Positions 1 to 13,920 of a stretch of 64,000 nucleotides of DNA are shown piece by piece (position 1 is the stretch's first letter; every line of letters begins with the position of its first letter). Under the pieces are notes generated by a model. It was not told where the DNA came from. It saw nothing but the letters and a program-made list of their open reading frames with translations, and did no database searches. Location of the stretch: the NCBI GenBank assembly GCA_964016885.1, contig OZ024742.1, positions 265,050,001 through 265,114,000 of the forward strand, written 5' to 3'. Both the position numbers and the translations under genes were made by a program. This stretch comes from Eledone cirrhosa. Taxonomy: Eukaryota.

Positions 1-3000
1 GTCAGGTCTATTGTGTTCCAGTTTCTTGTCCGTCTGTATCCTAAAATCCCATAGTACCTTCACCTGATCGTTTTCTATCACCGACTCTGGCTTATGCTCA
101 TACCACTTCTCAGAATGTGGTAAATTGTTTACTTTGCATAGGTGCCAGTGGATCACCCTGCCCATCACATCATGTCTCCAGCCTTTATAGTGAGTCTGGG
201 CTAGGTGTTTACACTCGGATACAATGTGAGCCAAAGTCTCCTCTCTCTCTCCACAGATCCTACACAGTGGGATAGCCTCCTCCTTGTAAATATGGTGTTT
301 CAACCACTTCGTTTTGAGGGCCTGTTCTTGTGCAGCCATTAGCATTCATTCTGTAGTCTTTTTAAGGTCTCCTCTTTTTAACCAGTTCCATGTCTGTTGA
401 TCTCTAAATTCCGTTTTCTTAAAGAAGGTACTATGAAGGGATTTTTAATGAAGGCTGCTCTTCCTCCTTGTTGTTACTTCCTCCTTGGACATCCCCTGGT
501 CTATTGTCTTCTCCTTCAGTACAATTTTGAGCATTGGTTCCTTACTGTCAGTCACGTATTTGTGCAGGTTGTTTTTCTCCATCTGAACACAGTCCTCTAT
601 GCTGATAAGACCTCTTCCACCTTCAGATCTCTTTAAGTAGAGTCTTTCGACATCATTCCTCTTGTGGTATATGTTGTAGATAGTCAATAGCTTCCTAGTC
701 TTCCTATCCATTTCTTTTTGTTCAGCAACATTCCATTTCAGAATTCCCGCACTGTACCTAATAATAGACACAGCTCGGGAATTCACTGCACTTATGACAT
801 TCCTACTATTTAGATGTGATTTTAATACGCTCCTTACTCTACTAATGTACTCAGATCTTATCAATTCCTTCATTTTTTTTGTTCTTGATGTCATCTGCCT
901 CCAGAACACTTAAATATTTGTATCCTTCTTCAGTGTCAATTTTCTTTATCATCTCACCTGTTGGTACCTGGATTCCGTTGCTTCTGCTCAATTTACCTCT
1001 CTTCATCACTAGGACTCCACACTTATTAATACCAAATTCCATACATATATCATTGCTGAAAATATGGACAGTGTCAAAAAGTACATCCAACTCCTTCTCA
1101 CTCTTCCCAAAGAGTTTAAGATCGTCCATGAAGAGGAGGTGGTTGATGGTAAGCTCTCCTTTTCCCAACTTGTATCCTGCTCTCACTTTTCGCAATATAA
1201 TGATCAGGGGTATCAGGGAAGGACAAACAGCAGAGGGAACAAACTATCCCCCTGTAAGATAACTCTCTTGATCTTCATGCCTCCCTAGGATTCTCCATCC
1301 GATGTTAACTCTGTTTCCCAGGACTTCATACTTTTGCTCAACAACTGTATGATGTTATCTGCCACCTTGAAAATCTCTAGGCTTTTCGTTATCCAAGAAT
1401 GAGGTACCTTGTCGAATGCCTTTTTGTAATCTATCCATCCCATGGCAAGACCAGTGTGTCTCCTCTTGCAATTCATCATTACCATCTTATCAATAAGTAA
1501 CTGGTCTTTTGTACCACGGGACTTCTTTCGGCATCTTTTCTGTTCGTCCGGTAACAAGTTGTTTATGTGGAGGTGATGGTAGATTTCCTCAGACACAATG
1601 CTTGTTAACAGTTTTCACATTACGGACAGACATGTGATAGGTCTATAGTTGGTAACATCATTACCTTTAATTCGGTTTTTCATTATCAGAACTGTGCTAC
1701 CTTTTGTCAACCACTCTGGTACCTCACCTGACATCAAGCAGTCATTGAACATGGTTGTCAGTTTCGAGTGAAGGGATATTATATTTTTAATCCAATACCC
1801 CTGCACACCATCTGGGTCTGGTGATTTCCACTTGGTTAGTTTTTTGGCCTGCCCTTTATGGGTTTCAACTGTGATACTCAAATCAGTTTGTTGGTGTGCT
1901 TGTTCACTAATCTCGTTTTGTACTGTCTCAATCCACACTGCCTGACTATTATGTTCAACATCCAGCTCCCATATTCCTCTCCAGAATGTCTTAGTCTGTT
2001 CCGCCTCAGGGATCAAGTCATTGCCTCTTTCTTTCCATTCTGCTTGTTGTCAAACATGCGGTTCTGTCTATACTGACCGACTCTGCCCTCATACCGCCTA
2101 ATCTTTGCACTTTTTGCTACAATGCGTTGCTTCAGTTACTCTATGATAATATTTAGCTTTTCCCCCCTAGTTTTGTACTTTATTTCCAATCTATTTTTAG
2201 TGCCTATGTTTTGTAATCTCCCAACTCAAGTTTTCCAATGTCTTTTCTCGTTTCCTTGATTTGGCCATTCAGTCGTTTCTTCCACCAAGGTTCTGATCTT
2301 TCTTGTTTGTTGTTTCCTCTTGTTTTTATGCCAAGTAATTTCCTCACCGCATTTGCTGTTGCTTTGAGGATATTGTTGCGTTGGTGAAGGTTCCTCGCCT
2401 CAAGATATGGGATGACTTTGTTTACCTTAGCTGTTGTTTCTTTTAACTTTTTCCTGTCTACAAATCTTAGGTTCATAGGTTTTCCACTATCATTGTTCCT
2501 TTCATCTACCACTAAGTTCAGGATATAAACTAAATCTTGTCCTAGCCCATCAGCATTCATCTCCTCAATGGCCGTATCTTTGTTCCAGATGTTATTTATT
2601 TCAACATTCAGACCATTGTCTGCTTCGGATGCTTCCTCAGGTCTCTCAACTTTTTCACCTTCATTTCCCACTGACTCGTTTGCCTGACATACTCCACTCT
2701 CCATTTCCAACTTAATCTCTCTGCTCAGTTCCTCCAGTTCCAACTCGCTTATCCATCCATTAGCTCTTATTATCCGAGCCTGCCCGGCCAATTTTTGTTC
2801 ATCTAATTTAAATAGACCAATCTCGTTCCAGATGTTATGCATCCGTTTCCTATAGCCTTTTTCCATGGGGTTACTCTTCAGGTAATATTCCATGACAGTT
2901 CTATTCAATTCTTTCGTCCTGTTGGTTCTTGTCCCTTGTCCCTGGATGACAGCCAGGTCCCTGCTGCTGGGCCAGGGAGCACTTGCGGGGTGAGAGTTTT

Positions 3001-3160
3001 TCACATGACGTTCCAGTCTCCTCTTCACCGTTATTCGAACTGTTTAGGTTCGACATTTAAACACTCATATCGAGGATTGGTGAATGTATGGTTACATAAC
3101 CACCGGTGATTTAATCACCCCCGGTGATTTTAGCGTGGCACCATCACCGTGTAGACGAAC
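1..3160 (-). mobile_element. R4/Dong-type RLE non-LTR retrotransposon, frameshifted; 3' end runs off the window
   Basis: Consecutive minus-strand ORFs 2204-3028, 1615-2016 (WKSPDPDGVQGYW, NYRPITCL), 1285-1596 ([23 protein letters not shown]), 851-1195 (NHLLFMDDLKLF) and 445-909. Manual translation of 1-300 gives CRICGEREETLAHIVSEC (zinc knuckle), RHD and LWDFRIQTDKKLEHNRPD (start of the restriction-like endonuclease). Confidence 0.92.
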
Positions 3161-3446
3161 ATAAATAAATAAACAAATAAATAGATAAAAACTTTAAAAA
3201 ATAAACATAAATTTCATTGTAATGTTTGAATGTCTGACTTAGATTTTTTGTTTGTTTTTTTTCCTTTTTGTTTTTCAAGGCCAGTAACATCGGTTACTAG
3301 TGTTGTTGTTGCTGCTGCTGCTGTTTTTGATTTTAGCTACGAGGGGAGTAGAATTTATTGCGTTCAAAACTCTTGAAATTTGTTTTTCTTTTGTTGTTGC
3401 ATTTGTTTTTGTCTGTGTTCTGTTCTGTAATTTTCGACTTGTTATG

Positions 3447-3895
3447 GCGGTGAATTGGCAGTATCGGTAGAGGGTCGGACGCCATGCTTTGACGTACAGA
3501 GTTACGCCCCTTGCCGAGGTTAACTTTGCCTTTCATCCTTACAGGTCGATAAAATAAAGTACCAGTAATGTACTGCGTAATTGCTGGCCTTGTGCCAAAA
3601 GTAGAAACCTTGTGCCTTGTGCCAAAAGTAGAAACAATTATTAACAATTATTAACTTTTTTTGCCATTCTGAGTTCAAATCCTGCCGAGGTTAACTTAGC
3701 CTTTCATCCTTACGGGGTCGATAAAATAAAGTACCAGTAATGCACTGGGTAATGGCTGGCCTTCTGCCTAAAGTAGAAACAATTATTATTATTAACTTTG
3801 CCTTTCATCCTTACGGGGTTGATAAAATAAAGTACCAGTAATGTACTGGCTAATGGCTGGCCTTGTGCCAAAAGTAGAAACAATTATTATTATTA
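3447..3895 (+). mobile_element. Three head-to-tail copies/fragments of tRNA-derived SINE family A
   Basis: A-box-like tggcagtatcggta, B-box gttcaaatcc, body gccgaggttaactttgcctttcatcc..gtcgataaaataaagtaccag, 3' end ggccttgtgccaaaagtagaaacaatta(tta)n; the sequence recurs more than 15 times in the window. Confidence 0.88.
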
Positions 3896-4120
3896 TATTA
3901 TAGTTTAGATTTGACATCGTTTAAACTAAACATTTTGAGAGAGTTTAGAGATACAACAACAATAATTATTATGGTGTTGTTGTTAGCTGTTTGACACGGT
4001 CACTGAAACAGTCTATTTATATCTTTTGGTGACTTCCTCGCTTCTAGTCATGTGTAGTGGTACTACTACCATCCCTCTCTTAACAGGAGGTAGTGAGAGA
4101 ATAGTGGTGGTAGGGATGAT

Positions 4121-5640
4121 GTAGTGGGGCGGCGTTGGACGGACCGGTTAAATTGCTCGGGGTCTGGTTCGGACCGGACCTCCAGATGGAAAAAAGCTGA
4201 AGCAAGGTGACGAGCAGGGTGGCCTCCCTCACCCAGAAATGGGCCGAGAGGAAGCTGTCACTGAAAGGCCGGGCGGAGGTGGCGAATGCGTACATCGCCT
4301 CCGTCATCTGCTACCGCTTCACCGTCGTCCCTTGTCCCGGCCCAACTTTCACCAAAATGGAGCGTCTCCTCTTCCGCTTTTTGTGGAAGGGACGCGCTCC
4401 CATGGTCAGACGATCCATCTTCTGACAACACCCGTTGCGAGGAGGACTGGGCATGCCATGGCTGATGATGCGCAAACATGCGCTGAGGCTGCGACATCTC
4501 TGGCGCTTCTTTGAAGGTGAACAGGTGTGGTCGCAGTTCGCCAGGAACGTTTTCCCACAGCTCGTCTCCTTGACGGAACTGCAGTCCTGGGTCAGGAAAA
4601 GGCCGAGGGATAGCGCTTGGAAACTGGAATGTCTCCAGGCGCTCACTGCCCTCTGTCAGCTGGGCACCAGTATCGGTGGAATATCCACCTCAGCGTTCTA
4701 TAGAGAACTAGTGGAGGGGAAGAGCGACGACGTTCTCGGAGAGATCCTGGGCGTCGAAGAAAATCGGCTGTTTGCTCTCTTCCGGAAGATTCAGCCCAGG
4801 GCCTATGGATAACTTCCAGAAATTCGTGGCCTGGCAGTGCTACCAGGGAGCTTTGCCGGTTCGAGATAAGCTCTACAGGCACGGAAGTGCCGTCAGCCGA
4901 GCCTGTCCGAGATGTGCGCAGAGCGACGAAACCGTCGTGCACGCACTCGTTCAGTGCCCGAGCACTGCTGACTTGTGGAGCTATGTCGAACAGTTGCTGT
5001 CGCGTGTAGGACCGATCCGGTTATCGACTGAGTCCATTGTGCAGATGGTCTCGCCGTCTTCCTTCGAGGAGGAAGGGCTGGCGGTTTTCATCTGCCTGGT
5101 GGTCATGGCGAAAGAGATTGTGTGGTGGGCAGGGTTGAAAGGGTTAAAGAGATACACTTTCTTCTTCGGCGAATCCCTGATTAACTTTTTCAAGTTTCAC
5201 TTGAAGAGGAAAATCAGAGTGGAGAGGCAAGTGCTGTCTTCTAGCAAGTTTGTTGAAAGGTGGGTGAATGTAGCGAGAATGGTCCGAGTGATCAGGACCG
5301 CTCTGAATATACGCCTGTAGTTTGAGAAATGGAAAACTTGAGAGAGTGCGCTTGCCCTGGTGGTCAGGGTGGCCGTGGTCTTTTGTGTGGTTTTCGCCAC
5401 GAGTAACCCTCGGAGGTTTCCCCCCTACTGGGGAATTTTTCATCGTTTCAATTTTCATTTTTATTGTTTATATATATGTTTCTATGTCTTTGTTTCTTTT
5501 CTTATATAAATAACAAAATCTTTACACGCACAAAACCCACATCGTACCGTCCTGTACCGTCCTGTGCCGTCTGTAATGTTTTTCTTGGTGTCAGCCCTTG
5601 TGGCCAATAAAGAAACCATGATTATTATCGTTATTGTTAT
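4121..5640 (+). mobile_element. 5'-truncated L1/Tx1-like LINE (ORF2 C-terminus plus 3' UTR)
   Basis: ORFs 4207-4425 (WAERKLSLKGRAEVAN), 4435-4812 (GGLGMP) and 4772-5320 (CPRCAQSDETVVHALVQCP zinc knuckle). Homologous to 63240-64000 and 49996-50720; ends aataaagaaac..(att)n. Confidence 0.9.
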
Positions 5641-5940
5641 TATTATATTGTTTTCTTTTTTTTCTCTCGTGCAATGGCAATATTCGATAATGAGGGGGAA
5701 GCCATTATGTATGTAAGAATGTATGTATGTAATGGATGGATGGATGGACTCATAACTCCTGATGCAGTAGTGATGGAGCCATTCGATATTCTAACGACCC
5801 AGCTAATTCGCCGCCCATAATACATATATATGTATGCATACATACATACCTACATACATATACTTGAATATATCATATATATACACACACACACAAACAC
5901 ATATATATGTGTATGTATATAGTATATATGTATACTTACA

Positions 5941-6092
<152 letters not shown>

Positions 6093-6361
6093 TATAAACG
6101 GAAAAAATGAAACGAAATTTCATTTCCCACTCTTAGTACGGCTGTTACTTAAATATAAGTATGTACACGTACATACATATATGTATACAGACGTACAGTA
6201 GTATGTATATATATATACATACATGCACACATATATATATGTACGTATGGATTCACCGAACATTTATTATAATGCTCCGTGTGTTTGTAAACAAACATCC
6301 CGTATTAAGCGGTAGTGTCCAGCAACCATCGTTGCTCGTTTGTTCAACACTGACAAAGGAA

Positions 6362-6402
6362 CGCTGTACTAGTTTCAAGCTTATTAGCTATCGTCAGCAA
6401 CG
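6362..6402 (-). ncRNA. Minimal type-I hammerhead ribozyme
   Basis: Minus strand reads CGUUG CUGACGA U AGCU aaua AGCU U GAAA CUAG UA CAGCG: stem I CGUUG/CAGCG, stem II AGCU/AGCU, palindromic stem III ACUAGU, GUA cleavage triplet. Confidence 0.8.
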
Positions 6403-6793
6403 TACACCTTCCTGCCAGATTGTTGAACGTATATACTTATGATGGTTGCTGGACACTACGGCTTAATACGGGATGTTTGTTTACAAACACACCGAGCATT
6501 ATAATAAATGTTTGGTGAATCCATACGTACATATATATATATGTGCGTGCATGTATGTATATATATATACATACTACTGTACGTCTGTATACATATATGT
6601 ATGTACGTGTACATACTTATATTTAAGTAACAGCCGTACTAAGAGTGGGAAATGAAATTTCGTTTCATTTTTTTCCGTTTATCGTTTTCGGTGCACCCGG
6701 CCGATTAACCCACTCGATATGCAAATTGGGCTGCTCAGCCGTTAATATGCATAAGGTAAGTATATACGTTCAACAATCTGGCAGGAAGGTATA

Positions 6794-6834
6794 CGTTGCT
6801 GACGATATCTAATAAGCTTGAAACTAGTACAGCG
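6794..6834 (+). ncRNA. Minimal type-I hammerhead ribozyme (second copy, one stem II mismatch)
   Basis: cgttg ctgacga tatct aata agctt gaaa ctag ta cagcg; inverted copy of 6362-6402. Confidence 0.7.
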
Positions 6835-6974
6835 TTCCTTTGTCAGTGTTGAACAAACGAGCAACGATGGTTGCTGGACACTACGGCTTAATACGGGATG
6901 TTTGTTTACAAACACACGGAGCATTATAATAAATGTTCGGTGAATCCATACGTACATATATATATGTGTGCATG

Positions 6975-7011
<37 letters not shown>

Positions 7012-7050
7012 TACTGTACGTCTGTATACATATATGTATGTACGTGTACA

Positions 7051-7181
<131 letters not shown>

Positions 7182-7204
7182 ATATATATACATATTATAT
7201 ATAA

Positions 7205-7301
<97 letters not shown>

Positions 7302-7449
7302 AAGAAAAATTGGATAAATTTTGCCTGATTATTCTTCAAACTTATAATTTTATATAGCTCTGATTGATAATTATTTATTTAATTCATTCACTCATCGAGC
7401 CAAGACGTTGAATGTAGCCAACACTCATATATGTATCTGTGACTATGTT

Positions 7450-7487
<38 letters not shown>

Positions 7488-7488
<1 letters not shown>

Positions 7489-8226
7489 CTTTCCTCTGTG
7501 TTGTTTACTTGTCTCACCCGCTTTACGCGTTTTAATTGTCCTAATAACTTATTTTAGTTATTATTGCGCCAACGTGAGGTATATGATTTTTAATGCAATG
7601 AAATACTAATGACCGTTGGTAAATCACTGATGAGGGATTCATTTTATAACATGTTATCCATGTGAAACCATGCAGTATTCTTCTCTCCATTTTTTCACAT
7701 ATATCTACCTAAACTGCGATTCTGTTTTTCTCTCTCTTTCTCTTACTGCTCCCTCGTTCTCTCTGTTTCTCTTACTTTCTTTCGTCCCCTCTGTCATGCC
7801 AGTTAACACTTTCTCTCTACTGACCTCTTCCTCACACTTCCACTCACTCACTCACTCACTGTTTCTCCCCTTCTCACTTCCCCCGTTCGCGATGTTAACG
7901 ATTTTCCTTCTTTCTTACATTGGATTCATCTCGAAAGGTCTATTTTCTACTCGCTCATATATTCACCCAGCTTATTCTGATAGAATAACTATGTAGCTTG
8001 TGTCTTTCCTATCTTCGGTTAGCTTTCCTCTGTGTTGTTTACTTGTCTCACCCGCTTTACGCGTTTTAATTGTCCTAATAACTTATTTTAGTTATTATTG
8101 CGTCAACGTGAGGTATATGATTTTTAATGCGATGAAATACCTATGACCGTTGGTAAATCACTGATGAGGGACTCATTTTATAACATGTTATCCATGTGCA
8201 ACCATGCAGTATTCTTCTCCCCATTT

Positions 8227-8235
<9 letters not shown>
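7488..8235 (+). repeat. Direct repeat pair of about 210 bp (7488-7700 and 8021-8235), probable PLE pLTR remnant
   Basis: Near-identical blocks starting agctttcctctgtgttgtttac, each containing ctgatgaggga..atcc..g(a/c)aacc. Confidence 0.7.
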
Positions 8236-8262
<27 letters not shown>

Positions 8263-8810
8263 ATAGAGGTGTACCACCCAAGTTATTATATATTGGTAAA
8301 CGGAATAGAAAATGCTGACAAATTGTTCACAGTGAAAAATAGGTTAATTAAGAATAAGTGAGAATTAGTAATTGTATTGGTTAGTATTCAGTTTTCGTTT
8401 TAAGTTTTACCGGTTGCGCATTTCTAATGCTTTTCAAAAATAATTTTGAGATAGAGCGTCCGTGATGTTTGCTCTGATCAGATTAGTTTTGGGAATTCTA
8501 CCTGTTTTTATGTTAAAAAAGTGGCTCTAGCCTTATTAAAAATAGGTTTTGCGGCAATTCGTGTTGCAAAAATTCTTGTGGTCAAAACAATTTTGATTGG
8601 TCGGTAGAGGTCATGTGAATGTAAAAAATTGATTTTGCGCCAAATGTAGGTTTGTGTCGGCTGACTGAGAAATGACTCTTTCGCAACAAATATGTGTGTG
8701 TGTGTGTGTGTGTGTGTGTAGTAGTAGTAAAGTGTTCGTTGTTGTGATAATGGTTAGCAGGGATGTGTGTGCGAACCGCAGCCTGTTGACAGTTCAAATG
8801 CCTATTAAGA

Positions 8811-8873
<63 letters not shown>

Positions 8874-9642
8874 CAGAGTAATTCGTGGTAGAGGGATGGT
8901 CAGTAGGAATGTGTCTGTAAGTGAGTGGGGGATATTTTAACATGTTAAAAGATATTTTTCAGCTCTTGTCTTATACGGAGAAGTGTGTGTGTGTGTGTGT
9001 GTGTATATGTCTCTTTGTATGTTAATGTACGCGTGTGTATGTGTATGTGTATATATGTGTGTGTGTGGGTGGACCAGTATTTTTTTCCTTGGTAAAATGG
9101 TGTACATTATTCGATATTTTCAGTAAAATTGATTCTCTCAATAGAACATCAAAAACCTTAATAATAAAAGGTGTGAAATGATATATAGTATTGGCATAAT
9201 ACCAAGGTGTGTGTGAGTGTGTGTGTGTGTCCAGATTGTACGTACTGAAAGGGGGATCTCTTAGGCCTTGCTGTATTAGAATACCTGTACACAAATATGT
9301 ATCTGGAGTGTGTCCAGAAATTGTATACCTGTGCACAAATATGTATCTGGAGTGTGTCCAAATTGCACGTACTGCAAGGGGAATCCATTAGGCTTTGTAA
9401 ACTATTTTTTACTGTGAACAATTTGTTAGCATTTTCTATTCCGTTTACCAATATATATATATATATATATGTCCTTATGACTTTGTTCGTTCTATACTCC
9501 CTTACGGTTGAGTAAACCTTAGGCGGTAACTAACTGCTTCTACTAGCAATGGACTTACTTGCCACCGGCCTTCCCTTCACAACACTTCCATCTTTACCGC
9601 TAGCCACGTGATGTTTTTCACGCCTTTCGATTCGTTAATAAT

Positions 9643-9823
9643 TGTTTCTACTTTTGGCACAAGACCAGGAATTACCTAGTGCATTACTGGTACTTTATTT
9701 TATTGACCCCGTAAGGATGAAAGGTAAAGTTAACCTCGGCGGGATTTGAACTCAGACCATAAAGGGCTGTAACTCTATGCTTCAAAGCATGGCGTCCGAC
9801 CCTCTACCGATACTGCCAATCCA
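9643..9823 (-). mobile_element. SINE family A, full length, with target-site duplication
   Basis: Reverse complement of the family A sequence, flanked by cgttaataat at 9633-9642 and 9824-9833. Confidence 0.88.
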
Positions 9824-10397
9824 CGTTAATAATGGATCAATTTGGAAATTAAGGTCCTAACTGAGGGACTGCCTTGAAAAGCTCGGAGCCTCATGGATAA
9901 TGCAACGATTAGACATTTCAACAAAGTACGAGCGAAGCTATCGATAGTCGGAACTGGGAGAATTTTTGGTAACGTTTATCTATTTATTTCTTCAAACTTA
10001 CATTTTAGACTTAGCTCCGTTTAATTAATTATTTGTCTAGTTAATTTCTACCGTTAAGAGGTAATACTAGGTAAATTTTATCTGACTGTTCCTCATAAAG
10101 GAATATCGATAACATTTATCTGTTATTTCTTCAAAGTTACATTTTGAACTTAGCTCCGTTTAAATAATTATTTATCTGGTTGATTTCTAAGGACTAAGAA
10201 GAAAAAATTGGATACATTTTGTCTGACTATTCTTCAAACTTATAATTTTATAAATAAAAATATATATGTGTGTGTGCGTGTGTGTGTGTGTTTTATGTGT
10301 TAAGTATTTCTGTAAAAAAGGTAGAGAAAAAAGAGAGAAGAGTATTCTACATATAGTACATAGTTATTTAATTACATAATAAACAACACAATATAAT

Positions 10398-10471
10398 TAT
10401 TCCATTACCAAAGGTTTCAACAAACGAGATAATCCTTATAGAAACGTCCGGCTCGTTCATCAGATGAAATA
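10398..10471 (-). ncRNA. Type-I hammerhead ribozyme candidate
   Basis: Minus strand: UAUUUCAU CUGAUGA ACGAGC..GUUUGU U GAAA CC uuu GG UA AUGGAAUA; 8-bp stem I with one G-U pair, GUA triplet; one extra U before GAAA. Confidence 0.65.
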
Positions 10472-10750
10472 GTTATGTTTTGGATATAAATTTTGAAATT
10501 GATATCTATTAAAAATGAAAGTGAGGCTGAGTCAAAATAACATCTTATAACGGAAAATATATATAAATATATACACGCATGCACGCACACATAAATTCCC
10601 ATGCGCGAATCTATACGTACATCCATATACACTCTCGCATAGATATATAGGCGCATAAACCACATATATACACTCATACACATCCACACATACATCGACA
10701 CATACATCCACACACACACACACACACATATATATCTATATATCTATATA

Positions 10751-10844
<94 letters not shown>

Positions 10845-10883
10845 ATATATAAGAACAAAAGATGGTTAAAAGAGTTCCATGTA

Positions 10884-10950
10884 TTTTATTATGCGCATTT
10901 CAAAAACAAATATCATCATGCAATAATATTTGTGTTTTCATCAGATAAAA
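10884..10950 (-). ncRNA. Minimal type-I hammerhead ribozyme
   Basis: Reverse complement of 12519-12585. Confidence 0.75.
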
Positions 10951-12518
10951 CAGGAAGACATGATATGAAGATTAAAAAACACTTGTGGATAGTGCAGTTT
11001 TAAATCAACATATGAAAAGTAGTTTTAGATTGATGTGTGATATTGGGAAACAAATAATTTATTTTGAGGGGGTGGGGTGGAAAGGATGAAAAAGAGGAGG
11101 AGATGAGAGTAAAAAGTGGAGAGGGAGGAGTATAATGAGGAAAGATGAGATAGGAGGAGAGATGGGTGATAGAGAGAGAGAGAGATAGCTTTTATAATGA
11201 GAAAGATATATTGTTTTACATAGAGAGGTTGAAAACCGTTGGAAGATAATGTATAAATTAAAAGAATTTTAAAATTAACGAAGGGAAAAATAATGTAAAG
11301 TTAAGGTTTGTATATTGAAGGGTTTAATAATATGTGCGATGAAAAGAAAATGTTAATATGTATTAAGAATAATATTTAAGGGTTTAATAATATGTGCGAT
11401 GGAAAGAAAAAGTTAATATGTATTAAGAATAAAATTTAAGGGTTTAATAATATGTGCGATGGAAAGAAAATGTTGATATGTATTATTAAAAAGAACAACA
11501 GGTAATTTAAGTAAGGATATATTGTGGGATGAGCATGAATGAGTTAAATGAAAGGGAGATAAGAATAATGAATTGAGGATGAATAATCTAACGTCAAAAA
11601 AATGTTTATGTTTACGAAGGAATTTTACAAGGTGATATAGAGTAAGAATGTATTGTATTATGTAATAATTGATTCGATGTTAGGCAACAGTGAGAAAAGG
11701 TACAGATTAGGGGTTAGACATTAAAAGAAAAAGAGAAGAAAGGGAAGTGATACATAGGAGCGATATAGAATGAGTAACAAGTATTATATAATGTATAATA
11801 AAAACCTTGAAATAAGGTAGAAAGATGGGTATATTTTTAAAGAAGTGTATATATATATATATATATGTGCCTTTGAGAAAAAGATTCTAAATTGATAAAG
11901 TTTTGGATATTAGCTGTATACTTTGTGGAATGTTTTATGGAATTTATGCAAGCAGATAGAAAACAAGTCAGTGCGTCTATTTATTATAGAATCTAAATTA
12001 GATATAATTTTCTTTCCATCGCACATATTATTAAACCCTTAAATTTTATTCTTAATACATATTAACTTTTTCTTTCCATCGCACATATTATTAAACCCTT
12101 AAATATTATTCTTAATACATATTAACATTTTCTTTTCATCGCACATATTATTAAACCCTTCAATATACAAACCTTAACTTTACATTATTATTCTCTTCGT
12201 TAATTTTCAAATGCTTTTAATTTATACATTATCTTCCAACGGTTTTCAACCTCTCTATGTAAAACAATATATCTTTCTCAGTTATAAAAGCTATCTCTCT
12301 CTCTCTATCACCCATCTCTCCTCCTATCTCATCCTTCCTCATTATACTCCTCCCTCTCCACTTTTTACTCTCCTCCTCTTTTTCATCCTTTCCACCCCCC
12401 CTCAAAATAAAATATTTGTTTCCCAATATCACACATCAATCTAAAACTACTTTTCATATGTTGATTTAAAACTGCACTATCCACAAGTGTTTTTTAATCT
12501 TCATATCATGTCTTCCTG

Positions 12519-12585
12519 TTTTATCTGATGAAAACACAAATATTATTGCATGATGATATTTGTTTTTGAAATGCGCATAATAAAA
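12519..12585 (+). ncRNA. Minimal type-I hammerhead ribozyme
   Basis: ttttat ctgatga aaacacaaatat..atatttgttttt gaaa tgcgca ta ataaaa: stem I ttttat/ataaaa, palindromic stem III atgcgcat, AUA triplet. Confidence 0.78.
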
Positions 12586-12948
12586 TACATGGAACTTTTT
12601 TAACCATCTTTTGTTCTTATATATTATATATACTCCAGTCCTACAAACTGTAGAGTGCTTCTTATCCGATATCCGCATTGCTTTATTGTACTACAATAAA
12701 ACTCACCTCCTACATATATTTATATATATATATATATATGGGGAGGATGTATGTGTGTATGTGTATGAGTGTATATATGAACATATATACATACGCACAC
12801 AATATACATAGATACATATATACATACAAAACAAAATATATACACACACGCACATACATACTGTAAGAAAGGATATGCATAGATATATTTTTAAAAGTTA
12901 TGAAAAAAAAAAAAAAAAATAATAATAAAAAAAAAAAATTAACAGCGT

Positions 12949-13039
<91 letters not shown>

Positions 13040-13292
13040 ATATTATACCATGATATTAAATAAATGGAAACTATATTTATTCTATTATATATATTTGTAG
13101 GGTAACAACATTTTGGTACCCTTGAAATATATAATAGAATAAATATGGTTTTATAAATATAGTTTCCATTTATTTAATATCATTGTATATTATACTCCAG
13201 AAAATCTGTCGAGTGCTTTTAAACAGTTATAAACATTTATATTTGTTGAATTACCAACAAATTACCAACAAATTGAATATCCCTTCTGCTTA

Positions 13293-13442
<150 letters not shown>

Positions 13443-13596
13443 TATGATAAAAATAAAGATGAAATAAAAAATAAAAATAAAATATAAATACATGGATACG
13501 TTAAGTGAAAGATACAAATATTGCCCAGGCAGTCACACACATATATACATATACAATCATATAAACACACACACATATATATATATATACATACAC

Positions 13597-13689
<93 letters not shown>

Positions 13690-13866
13690 ATAATAATACT
13701 ATTTATAGTTATGTATATAGTATAAACAACTATAAACAGGAAGGTCAGTAATTTCTTATTATCTTATTACCAGTAAGAGAAATAGCTCAATGTATGAACA
13801 TCAGTTGTTTTACAGAGCAGGAAAATAAATAAATTATACAATTATCAAAGTTTTGTTCAAATTATT

Positions 13867-13920
13867 TAATAGCTGACAATCGTTTCTTCCAAACTCTCGT
13901 TTGAGTCATCGGAGTATTAT
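13867..13920 (-). ncRNA. Degenerate hammerhead in the PLE 3' pLTR
   Basis: Minus strand: UAAUACU CCGAUGA CUCAAAC gaga GUUUGGAA GAAAC gauu GUC AGCUAUUA; core has U4>C, GUC triplet. Confidence 0.55.

Larger units (their letters stand above)
10837..12632. mobile_element. ORF-less PLE remnant: arms of about 630 bp (10837-11471 and 12007-12632) in inverted orientation
   Basis: The arms are near-perfect reverse complements. Each has a hammerhead near its outer end and three 60-bp tandem units (gggtttaataatatgtgcgat..). Confidence 0.8.

Noticed and set aside
6718-6726. Octamer motif ATGCAAAT as an snRNA or Pol II enhancer
   Set aside because: A single 8-mer is expected by chance in 64 kb of AT-rich DNA, and no snRNA gene is nearby.
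7620-8215. ctgatga..gaaac at 7627 and 8160 as intact hammerheads
   Set aside because: No convincing stem I partner or NUH triplet, and the second copy lacks GAAA; at best decayed.
11318-11480. 60-bp tandem repeats as a possible CRISPR array
   Set aside because: The units are nearly identical along their length with no unique spacers; eukaryotic context and no cas genes.
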